Shown here: piece by piece, positions 19,373 through 27,706 of the stretch | Layout of the letters: each line of letters opens with the position of its first letter | Position numbering within the stretch: position 1 is the first letter of the stretch | Assembly (NCBI GenBank): GCA_015233335.1 | Contig: JADFXX010000007.1 | Location: forward strand, 15,221-79,220 | Length of the DNA stretch: 64,000 nucleotides | Source of the DNA: Candidatus Omnitrophota bacterium | Lineage (GTDB): Bacteria > Omnitrophota > Gorgyraeia > Zapsychrales > Fredricksoniimonadaceae | Direction of reading: 5' to 3' | The notes under the pieces: model-generated | What the model saw: only the letters and a program-made list of their open reading frames with translations | Told to the model about the DNA's origin: nothing | Database searches by the model: none | Program-made: the position numbers and the translations under genes

Positions 19373-20331
19373 TTTCGCGCCTCGAAGATCCACTCATGGG
19401 AGCGCAGATACTCGACTGTTTTAATCACGCCCTCACGAATACTAAACTTAGGCTTCCAACCTAACGACATGATCTTTTTCGTTTCAAGAAAGATAAAAGG
19501 ATTGTCGCCAACCCATCCCCGGTCACCGCCGGAATATTCTAATTTTGGCTTAACCCCAAGCTCTTCACAAATCCAGCCGATAGAGTCATTGACCTCACAA
19601 TACCCTTCTGAGCCTAAGTTAAAAATATTAACTCGATCATGGGTTTGGTCCATGGCCAGCAGAATAGCATCGATACAATCCTGAATATACAGATAAGATT
19701 TACGCTGTTGCCCGTTACCAAGCACCGGTAAGCGCGAAGGGTCCTCCTTTAATTTCTTATAGAAATCGAAAATATGTCCGTGAGTATAGCGTTCTCCTAA
19801 TATCGAAACAAACCTGAATATCCAAGACTTGAATCCAAAGCCTTCGCAATAAGCTTGTATTAACCCTTCACAAGCTAATTTAGAGGCCCCATACAATGAG
19901 GTTTGAAGAGGAAAAGGAGCGTTCTCAGGGGTTGGAATAATATCCGTTTCCCCATAGATCGATCCTGTGGAAGAAAAAGCAATTTCTTTAATACCATTTG
20001 CGCGCATGGCTTCGAGTACGTTAAAAGTAGCAATGGTATTTTGCTGCAGATCTTTTTGAGGATGATGAATGCCAAAACGCACATCAGCATTGGCTGCCAG
20101 ATGAAAAACCACCTGACCGCCTGCAAATGCCTGTTTTAATAAATCGCTGTTCAACAAATCCGCCTCGACTAATCGAAAATTTGGATGACCCAAGGCCCCT
20201 TCAAGAAATTGACGCTGGCCTGTCGAAAAATTGTCGATACCTATAACTTGCTCCCCTTGAGCCAACAGGCGATCGGCAAGGTTGCTTCCTATAAAGCCAG
20301 CACAACCGGTTATAATATATCGAAGCGCCAT
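19369..20331 (-). CDS. NAD-dependent sugar epimerase/dehydratase (extended SDR)
   Basis: ITGCAGFIGSNL and YGASK. Confidence 0.8.
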   Translation of the reverse strand: MALRYIITGCAGFIGSNLADRLLAQGEQVIGIDNFSTGQRQFLEGALGHPNFRLVEADLLNSDLLKQAFAGGQVVFHLAANADVRFGIHHPQKDLQQNTIATFNVLEAMRANGIKEIAFSSTGSIYGETDIIPTPENAPFPLQTSLYGASKLACEGLIQAYCEGFGFKSWIFRFVSILGERYTHGHIFDFYKKLKEDPSRLPVLGNGQQRKSYLYIQDCIDAILLAMDQTHDRVNIFNLGSEGYCEVNDSIGWICEELGVKPKLEYSGGDRGWVGDNPFIFLETKKIMSLGWKPKFSIREGVIKTVEYLRSHEWIFEARK

Positions 20332-20335
20332 AGTC

Positions 20336-21862
20336 TTAATGTCTGCAAAAACCTCTATACTGTTGAGGCAAATAAAATACGGTTACTTTCTTTTCTTTAA
20401 AATATGAGCGCACTTCAATCTCGCGCTTGCCACCGCTTGGGACTACACCCAATACTGTGCCAGCTTGGCACAGCACTGAGACTGCATCAATAAACGGAAA
20501 AAAAGCATCAGCCGAAAAAATGGATTTATTTGTATCATGACCGCATTCATGCGAACGCAAAACAGCGACTTTTGCCGCCTCGAAGGTTGAAGGCCCCCCA
20601 CCTGCTCCTAATAAAGCGCCGTCTTTGGCCAAAGCCACTTCATTGCCTCCGTGATTTGAACTAAAAGCAGTCGCCCATGCTATTATCAGAGTGTCTAAAT
20701 CTGTGGAAGATAACGAATCCCCTTCATGCTGTGCCTCTTTAATGTCTAAACAATAATTTGCCGGAGGCTGGCGTAAAAATCCTCCCCGAATAAAACGGTA
20801 ATCGTATTTTGTCTTTTTTAAAAAAGGATCGACTAAAGCAGGGTTCTGCATAAGCTTACGGCTTGAGCGCTTCCCAAGCACCTCTACAGCCTGTAAAGAA
20901 AAAAAAGGTGCCAGCACTATGTCCAGCATCCATGCCGCATCACCCAGCAATTTTTCGCGTCTTTCGCTCTTGAGTATGAACTCGGCAAGAGAGGAATCAA
21001 CATTAAAATTCACGACCATCTCCCCTCCCCATACAGAACGAGGATTGCCAAATAAAGCCCGGCTGATCGCATCAACGGGACTTGTTCGGCTGGCTCCAAA
21101 CCCGCACGGGTTACCATGCTTGGCAACCACACACAGATAAGGAACCCCAGGTGTGTTTTTTCTGTAAGCCTCTGCTGCAAGGGATAGGGTTTGCAATAAA
21201 CAATCCGCATCAGCTAAATTAGTAAAACAGGGAGATTCTCCTGAAATTCGAGTAAAATTTAAAAGAGACAGCGTGTCGTTACTCTCGGCAGGAAGAACAA
21301 ATGCCTTTGCCGGGGTCTGATATGGATTTTCGCCATTCTTAAGCTCGAAAGCAAATTCACCGGCTTTAAAGTCAAATCCTTCCTTTTCTGCGGCAAGAAT
21401 ACCATAATGACGCGCCATTTCAAAAAATGTTTTACCAATCAGTTCTTGACGGAAAACAGGATCAACATGGCCTTGCGTAGTGATTTGAGAAACCACTTTC
21501 TCCATGTCCTCTATGCTCATGACCGCGATGCGTCCCCCTTTTGCCGCAAGCGCAAGCAAAGTCCTACCGCCTACATCGTTTCCATGGGCCATAGGATAAG
21601 GGACCACATACACAAGCTCTATATGCTCTTGAGTGGACAAAGTTAAGGCGGCCTCAACTTTTGGATGAAAAGTACCGGGAAAGCCGTATTCTGATTTTAC
21701 TTCTGTAAAATCATCAATATCTAAAACCGGAAGGCCCTCATGCCTTAGCAAGCTCACCGTTTCCTTTGAGGCAATAATCTCCCATCCGGCTTCGATGAGT
21801 CTTTTGGCAAAAATAACTGCATGATCCGTATTAAAAATAGAAAAAAGAGCTCTTTGTTTCAA
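20336..21862 (-). CDS. Divergent PurH-like protein (MGS-like domain + AICARFT/IMPCHase-like domain)
   Basis: AKHGNPCGFG, ADAFFPFIDA and a C-terminal YRGFCRH parallel the PurH signatures. Several catalytic-region motifs are altered (see findings). Confidence 0.6.
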   Translation of the reverse strand: MKQRALFSIFNTDHAVIFAKRLIEAGWEIIASKETVSLLRHEGLPVLDIDDFTEVKSEYGFPGTFHPKVEAALTLSTQEHIELVYVVPYPMAHGNDVGGRTLLALAAKGGRIAVMSIEDMEKVVSQITTQGHVDPVFRQELIGKTFFEMARHYGILAAEKEGFDFKAGEFAFELKNGENPYQTPAKAFVLPAESNDTLSLLNFTRISGESPCFTNLADADCLLQTLSLAAEAYRKNTPGVPYLCVVAKHGNPCGFGASRTSPVDAISRALFGNPRSVWGGEMVVNFNVDSSLAEFILKSERREKLLGDAAWMLDIVLAPFFSLQAVEVLGKRSSRKLMQNPALVDPFLKKTKYDYRFIRGGFLRQPPANYCLDIKEAQHEGDSLSSTDLDTLIIAWATAFSSNHGGNEVALAKDGALLGAGGGPSTFEAAKVAVLRSHECGHDTNKSIFSADAFFPFIDAVSVLCQAGTVLGVVPSGGKREIEVRSYFKEKKVTVFYLPQQYRGFCRH

Positions 21863-21874
21863 TATCTTATTCTC

Positions 21875-22999
21875 CTATACCCTGCAAATGTCCCATTCTA
21901 AACGACAATTCCGGAATGTCGTTATAATTTGCTGATTCTTATGATGTGTTAAGCTTTCGTATTGATCCCATTTTTTAATGACAACGAAAAGATCATGCAA
22001 GCCCGAATAAAATGGGACTCTTTCTTCAAAATTTTCCAAATGAACCACATCCCCCTCTTTAATTCTTCTGGGGCACTGAGAGTGCTCCTGAGTACATTGA
22101 AAGCAATATCGCCCTTTCTTATCTTTTGTCACTGTATAGTTAACCTGACAGGTATCATTAGGACAGCACACACCCGCCTTGTTTCGGTCATAAAATAAAA
22201 AACCTAATTGCCCTTTGTCTAACAGAGCAAGCAAATAAGGAAATGCGATATAAAATGAAGTCAGACACTGCAAATGTAATGTTTCAATCAATTCATCCAT
22301 TGAATACCAAACACCCTGTTTGATCGGAACATCAAAAGTGCCGGAAATCCTCTTGAGTTGAATTTTTACTCGATAAGTATCACATTGGGTATAGATGTTA
22401 TCTTTGGGTTGATCGTGACTTGATCTAAATTTAACATGTGTACGGTAATCAGGACATCCGACAGAGCACCTGTTTTCCAAAAGCTTGCCTGATGGATAGA
22501 CCGAGTGAAAGGCCGCAGGACATAGCTCATCGGCATTGTCCACATTAAAAGTGAAGGCATCGCCTAATTGGATGCCCAATGGACAAGACTCATTGACACG
22601 GGTTGCCGTATAATCAACAAGAAAATCACGCTGCTCAAACGGTATGAATATGTTCATAAAACGCGAAACATATATTTGAAAAAGATTAACAAAGCTTTTA
22701 GGTCTTTTTCTATAGGTCAAAGAAAATTCAAGGCCGCGGTCCTGTGCGGCACAACAAAGGTGTTGTTCGATTTGATTCCCTTGGGCTAGAACAAAACTTT
22801 GTTGGCAATGAAGAGAAAAAAGTGACGGATAGAAATAACAAAACGTAAGCTGACAAGGAAAACTCTTTAAAAGCGGCTGAGTTTTCCCTTTAGCTCGATG
22901 GGGATGATACCTGCATCGGTTATCGTTAAGGTCATAAACAACAACCTCACTGTCTTTATCTTTGAGAGCCAGGTCACATAAAAAACTAGTCATACACAA
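21875..22999 (-). CDS. Cysteine-rich repeat protein of unknown function (TIGR04076-like modules?)
   Basis: 22 Cys in 374 aa, with recurring modules of the form CP..(I/L)..GD ... C..(A/S)F...(Y/F)P ... CC/GC-P.D ... V.F/Y. Confidence 0.45.
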   Translation of the reverse strand: MCMTSFLCDLALKDKDSEVVVYDLNDNRCRYHPHRAKGKTQPLLKSFPCQLTFCYFYPSLFSLHCQQSFVLAQGNQIEQHLCCAAQDRGLEFSLTYRKRPKSFVNLFQIYVSRFMNIFIPFEQRDFLVDYTATRVNESCPLGIQLGDAFTFNVDNADELCPAAFHSVYPSGKLLENRCSVGCPDYRTHVKFRSSHDQPKDNIYTQCDTYRVKIQLKRISGTFDVPIKQGVWYSMDELIETLHLQCLTSFYIAFPYLLALLDKGQLGFLFYDRNKAGVCCPNDTCQVNYTVTKDKKGRYCFQCTQEHSQCPRRIKEGDVVHLENFEERVPFYSGLHDLFVVIKKWDQYESLTHHKNQQIITTFRNCRLEWDICRV

Positions 23000-23003
23000 A
23001 TCC

Positions 23004-23846
23004 CTAGGCCTTCTGCGGCACTTTCATGAGATGTTTCATGACTTTTTGCGTTAAAGAAATACTCATAAATTTCTTAAACAGGACCAATTCCTTGACTTTC
23101 TTTCCGATAGGAAACCTTAACTGTGGATGAGATGTCTGGGCAATCCTCACTAATAAACAAGCAACACTCTCAGGAGAATCATATTGTGTTTTTTTATGTC
23201 TCTTAAAAAAATAGTCATTCAAAACATGATAAGGGGAATCATGGTTTCTCATGCTAGATCCATATTTGACAGACCCTTTTGAAAATTCAGTATCAAATGG
23301 CCCGGGTTCGATATTACTAATCTTGATCTGGAATGGATCAAGCTCAAAAACAAGGGCTTCGGAGAGCCCCTCAAGGGCATATTTACTCGCGCAATAGGCA
23401 CTGTAAAGAGGCAGACCTGCCAAACCGGCCACGGATGAGATATTAATAATGTGCCCGCTTTTTTGTCTCCGAAAAATAGGCAGGACCGCCTTGATCATCC
23501 GTACAGCACCAAAAAGATTTGTGTTAAATAAGTCCTGGATCTGTTCCATGGACAGATATTCAAGGGGCCCTATCAAACCATAACCGGCGTTATTGACCAA
23601 CACATCCAGTCGGCCGGCTTCTTGAGTCAGCTCCTTAATCGATTGATCGATAGTCGACTGATCGGTAACATCAATTCTTTTCACCTCTAAGGGCAAATGC
23701 TCCTCATGAGCTTGATGAAGCAGGCGATCCTGCTTAGATAGATCACGCATGGTCGCATAAACACGCCATCCGCTGCGCGCAAACGCTAAGGCACCTGCCA
23801 TACCAAATCCCGAGGAACAACCGGTAATGAGGACAACTTTCTTCAC
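23004..23846 (-). CDS. Short-chain dehydrogenase/reductase (classical SDR)
   Basis: ITGCSSGFG, NNAG, YCASK. Confidence 0.8.
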   Translation of the reverse strand: MKKVVLITGCSSGFGMAGALAFARSGWRVYATMRDLSKQDRLLHQAHEEHLPLEVKRIDVTDQSTIDQSIKELTQEAGRLDVLVNNAGYGLIGPLEYLSMEQIQDLFNTNLFGAVRMIKAVLPIFRRQKSGHIINISSVAGLAGLPLYSAYCASKYALEGLSEALVFELDPFQIKISNIEPGPFDTEFSKGSVKYGSSMRNHDSPYHVLNDYFFKRHKKTQYDSPESVACLLVRIAQTSHPQLRFPIGKKVKELVLFKKFMSISLTQKVMKHLMKVPQKA

Positions 23847-24937
23847 ACATTAACCTTTCTTTTTTTTGTCAATAAATTAAAAGCATTGATGGCAGACTTG
23901 GGATCTAAAGTCAGCATGAGACTTTGTTCAATAATGCTCAAATGGGAACATGTATGGCAATCTTTATCACCTAATATTTTCCAGGCATTCTTAATCCCCC
24001 CTGCCTGTTTGACATCAATTTCCTTATCATAACGGTTGACGCAATGCCGAAGCTTGCCGTCACTGCTTAATTCAAAATTAAAGATGCCGCATGTACACTC
24101 CGGCACTTTATATTCAGGATGTTCATTTAATTCTGATTTATAAAGAGTATATTTATCGTAACTGTAAGGATACTCGACCAAAAGTTTTAATGATCGGACA
24201 GAATTCGATATAGGGACATCTTCTTCTATTTTCCTTTTAAGAATTTTCTTAAAGAAAGCCCTCGCCATATCGTCAGGAATATAATAATAATCAGGAATAT
24301 ATTCAGGCTTATAATAAGGGTTGATCATTAAACGGCAGAAGTCAAATTGAACATCGTATCTGCGGCAAAAATCGATCATAAAATCGATGTTATCCTCCTG
24401 AATGTTGTAGCGGTTTAACACCATATGGATCCTGACGTATTTACCGGCTTTGGTGCAAAGTGCTACGGCTTTTTCAGCTTTCTCAAAACTGTCTTTTCCG
24501 CGGATGCGCTCGTGGTTCTCCTTATTGCCTTCAATACTGATGCCGACAAAATATAAATTTTCCAAAGCATCCATTTTCTTATCGATATTGATCCCGTTCG
24601 TTACAATTTCAGCAATCTTCCCACGGGTTATAGAAACATGATCAATAAGCTCCTTAAGATCGCGCCGTAAGAGAGGCTCACCTCCCAGAAACCGAAACCA
24701 CTCAACCCCCAAGGAACACAGATCATCAATGTTTTTCTTGATCTCTTGGGTCGTTAACTCTTTGATCTTTTGGTTGACGGTATGGATGCCGCAATGGGTA
24801 CACCTTTGATTACAAATATCGGTGATGTAAAGCGTTGAAAACAAAGGCATGCGTTTGTTCGTCATTCTGGAATAAACAGATTTTAGAGCGATTTTCCCGC
24901 CGTTGTAAAATATCTGCTTATATTTATTATTGAGCAC
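23843..24937 (-). CDS. Radical SAM enzyme with partial SPASM/twitch-like C-terminal Cys cluster
   Basis: CNQRCTHC (C42/C46/C49, nt 24791-24814), the GGEPLL motif, and C-terminal CGIFNFELSSDGKLRHC (CX11GX4C) plus CHTC. Confidence 0.8.
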   Translation of the reverse strand: MLNNKYKQIFYNGGKIALKSVYSRMTNKRMPLFSTLYITDICNQRCTHCGIHTVNQKIKELTTQEIKKNIDDLCSLGVEWFRFLGGEPLLRRDLKELIDHVSITRGKIAEIVTNGINIDKKMDALENLYFVGISIEGNKENHERIRGKDSFEKAEKAVALCTKAGKYVRIHMVLNRYNIQEDNIDFMIDFCRRYDVQFDFCRLMINPYYKPEYIPDYYYIPDDMARAFFKKILKRKIEEDVPISNSVRSLKLLVEYPYSYDKYTLYKSELNEHPEYKVPECTCGIFNFELSSDGKLRHCVNRYDKEIDVKQAGGIKNAWKILGDKDCHTCSHLSIIEQSLMLTLDPKSAINAFNLLTKKRKVNV

Positions 24938-24967
24938 TCATAAATCCTTTCGCATAACTCAAAAGAA

Positions 24968-25909
24968 TCACTGCTTATCTTCAAAATTTACTTTCCGATC
25001 AATAATATACATGGGCCTGCGTTTAACTTCATCATAAATACGGCCAACGTATTCCCCGATTAACCCCAAACCAATCAACTGGATACCAGCAAAAAAACTT
25101 ACCAACAATACCGTCGTAGAAAGCCCGGGAGATAAATCAAAGCCAATTAACTTTTGCAGAACATACCAAGCTCCCAGCAAAAAGCTTAAAGCCGCTATGG
25201 TAAAACCTGTTATAGACATTATGATCAAAGGCCGTGAACTGAAACTGATCAGGCCGTTCAGCCCTATCTTAAGCGATCCGGTCAGGCGATTATAGTTTCC
25301 CTTTCCGGCATATCGTTCATCACGGTCATACTCGATAAATGTCTGTTTAAATCCCACATATGCCACAAGGCCGCGCAGAAAACCGTGGCTCTCATTCAAC
25401 CGTCGTAATTCTTCTATCACTCGGCGAGTCATGATGCGAAAATCCCCGGTGTTACGCGGGATCTTGACATCACTGAGACGATTGATCAATGAATAACCGA
25501 TATAAGTAATAAAACGTTTAAGGAGCGTCTCCCCTTTGCGGGAACGACGCTTGGCATAAACCACCTCATATCCTTCCTTTAACTTGGCATACATCTCTTT
25601 GATAAGCTCCGGTTGGTCCTGAAGATCAACATCTATGACAACACAAGTTTCTCCTAAACAGCTTAGAATACCTGCCATAGTGGCAGCTGGCTGGCCGAAA
25701 CGGCGTGAAAACACCATTAACTTGATGTTCTGATTTCGATTAATCTCCTCAAGAATAATTTCTTCTGTGTGATCAGGGGAAGGATCAAGAGTAAAGATAA
25801 TTTCGTAACTTTTGCCCATCTGGATAAGAGTTTTTTCTATACGGGATAAGAACGGTCGGATGTTAGATTCTTCTTTATATACAGGGACAACCACAGAAAT
25901 GTTAACCAT
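24968..25909 (-). CDS. GT2 polyprenyl-phosphate glycosyltransferase (GtrB/ArnC/DPM1 type), copy 2
   Basis: VVVPVYKEE, DVDLQDQPE, two C-terminal TM helices, and the tail IGEYVGRIYDEVKRRPMYII. Confidence 0.85.
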   Translation of the reverse strand: MVNISVVVPVYKEESNIRPFLSRIEKTLIQMGKSYEIIFTLDPSPDHTEEIILEEINRNQNIKLMVFSRRFGQPAATMAGILSCLGETCVVIDVDLQDQPELIKEMYAKLKEGYEVVYAKRRSRKGETLLKRFITYIGYSLINRLSDVKIPRNTGDFRIMTRRVIEELRRLNESHGFLRGLVAYVGFKQTFIEYDRDERYAGKGNYNRLTGSLKIGLNGLISFSSRPLIIMSITGFTIAALSFLLGAWYVLQKLIGFDLSPGLSTTVLLVSFFAGIQLIGLGLIGEYVGRIYDEVKRRPMYIIDRKVNFEDKQ

Positions 25910-26021
25910 AAATCCTCCGATAACGGCATGAACAAAACATTTTGAATTATAGCACTTCCCTTGAAATTGGAAACTATTCTTTCGTTAATTGGAAGTATAA
26001 TTGACGCGGTATTTCGTTACT

Positions 26022-26043
26022 AACAATTGACTTTTCAATTGTT
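26022..26043. promoter_or_regulatory. Perfect 8-bp inverted repeat, candidate operator in a divergent promoter region
   Basis: AACAATTG (26022-26029), a 6-nt spacer, CAATTGTT (26036-26043). It overlaps the -35 hexamer of the promoter below. Confidence 0.4.
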
Positions 26044-26054
26044 TAGAATATAAT
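26027..26054 (+). promoter_or_regulatory. Sigma70-like promoter for 26099..29370
   Basis: TTGACT (26027-26032), a 16-nt spacer, TATAAT (26049-26054). Confidence 0.55.
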
Positions 26055-26098
26055 ATTTAAAAATTATTTCTTCGAGCCTATCGATCGGCATATCATCA

Positions 26099-27706
26099 AT
26101 GCTGTCCAATCTTAAGTCGTTTCTCTTATTTTTACGCCAGCCTAATTTCGTCCAATGGTTTAAGGTGCTCTTTGGTTTATTTCTGATCTACTTCGCTATT
26201 CTTATTCTTCATTATCATTACTATCTGATCACATTCCCCTATCCCATTATGTATAGAGAAGGCACCATGATGGCAACAACCACCCTGTTGCTGCACGGCA
26301 TTAATCCTTCCAACTTTTTTTTAGAGCCACAATATAGTAATTTATATGGCATTACCTACCCTTTAATCGTTTTACCTTTCGCGAGCCTTTATGGAGTAAC
26401 CTTGCCTGTTCATCGGGCAATAGCAGCTTTTTTTATACTCGCTTCTTGCGCGATAATATCCCTTGTTCTTAATAGAAAAAAAACCCCTTTATTACTCAAT
26501 TTTTGGGCTGTACTAACTCTCTGGGCCTCCCTGCTTTACCCTCTTACCACTACCCCTTGTGTCGACCCTGCTTCAACAGGTTTATTTTTTATGCTCCTAA
26601 CCATTTTTATCCCATTTTTTCTTAACTACACTTATATTTCTCTTTTTATAAGCATCATTTTCGGCATACTTGCTTTTTATACTAAAGCATACTTTCTATT
26701 GGGCCTGCCGGTTGTGACCTCTTATTTATTTTTATTTGTTTCCAAGAAAAAATCTGTACTTTTTGGTTGTTGCTGTTTAATTGGCTTTATGTTCAGTGTT
26801 GTAGCCATGAATTATTTTTTTCCAAGCTATTTCGATAATTGTTTCTTTGTTAATTATAATATCTCTCCTCAAACGAGCATGATGATTGTTCTGGAAAGAC
26901 AACTTCACAAATTTGCCCAACTACATATAGGAATAATCATTGCGATGCTACTTGTGCTTCTTTATGCTCTGCTACGCGGATTTTGGACAAGTAAAACTAC
27001 AAATATAAAATCCATTTTAAGACAGTGTCTGTCCGCCGTTCAATTAAGGAATTGGGAAGCCCCTCTGATTATAAAACAGCTGCCCTTGGACATATACGCT
27101 GGGATTTATTTTGCAGCCGTCCTTGTGTTATGTATGGGGAAACACTTCGGGGCTAACATGTGGTATTTTTTTCAGCTATTTTCCCCTTTTTTAATGATCA
27201 CAACTGCCTGGGTTACCGGACGCTTCAGGCTATGGCCGATTTTATTTTCATTTTTTTTGATTTTTAATTTATATTCTCTTTCTTCTGATTATAATTATAA
27301 ATATTTCGATAAAAATCAGACAGGATGGCTGTCCCTAGAAAAACTTGTTCAATCAAACAGCAGCATATTTAACTCTTCTTTAATTGCTCCATTGTTGATT
27401 AAAGAGAATAAGGAAATTTTTGAAGACGGTGCGGAACATTTTATAGAAGGTGGGCATCGCAGAGGCCTGCTGGCGCAGCTGTTTGCGGAAGACAAAAGAG
27501 TTTTTGCGGCCCAAACCTTACTCTTTAATAGGGTCCAGAACATGATAATATATAAAAAATTCGATCTAATTATCATAGAAGCCGGCTATGCCTCTAATCT
27601 TATTCCTGATAGTTTCAGAAATTTTTATAAATTTGTCGGTCCAATTTTGGTCAATACGCCCCAGGACCGTAAGTCCTTTTTAATAACAGTCTGGAAGCCA
27701 ATTTGA
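26099..27706 (+). CDS. Polytopic membrane protein, GT-C-like candidate (paralogue of 33409..34992)
   Basis: More than 10 TM segments. FPYPIMYREGTMM...YGITYPL...TPCVDPASTGLFF aligns without gaps to 33409..34992. Confidence 0.5.
   Translation: MLSNLKSFLLFLRQPNFVQWFKVLFGLFLIYFAILILHYHYYLITFPYPIMYREGTMMATTTLLLHGINPSNFFLEPQYSNLYGITYPLIVLPFASLYGVTLPVHRAIAAFFILASCAIISLVLNRKKTPLLLNFWAVLTLWASLLYPLTTTPCVDPASTGLFFMLLTIFIPFFLNYTYISLFISIIFGILAFYTKAYFLLGLPVVTSYLFLFVSKKKSVLFGCCCLIGFMFSVVAMNYFFPSYFDNCFFVNYNISPQTSMMIVLERQLHKFAQLHIGIIIAMLLVLLYALLRGFWTSKTTNIKSILRQCLSAVQLRNWEAPLIIKQLPLDIYAGIYFAAVLVLCMGKHFGANMWYFFQLFSPFLMITTAWVTGRFRLWPILFSFFLIFNLYSLSSDYNYKYFDKNQTGWLSLEKLVQSNSSIFNSSLIAPLLIKENKEIFEDGAEHFIEGGHRRGLLAQLFAEDKRVFAAQTLLFNRVQNMIIYKKFDLIIIEAGYASNLIPDSFRNFYKFVGPILVNTPQDRKSFLITVWKPI

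Noticed and set aside
26476-26484. Homopolymer tracts as phase-variation switches in surface-glycan genes: A9 at 26476-26484, A8 at 2945-2952 and 3019-3026, T8 at 26315-26322, and T8 in the promoter spacer at 33378-33385.
   Set aside because: In an AT-rich genome, Lys/Phe codon runs produce such tracts by chance, and lengths of 8-9 A/T are marginal for slippage. Without population or read-level length variation this is unsupported. The promoter T8 remains mildly worth checking.
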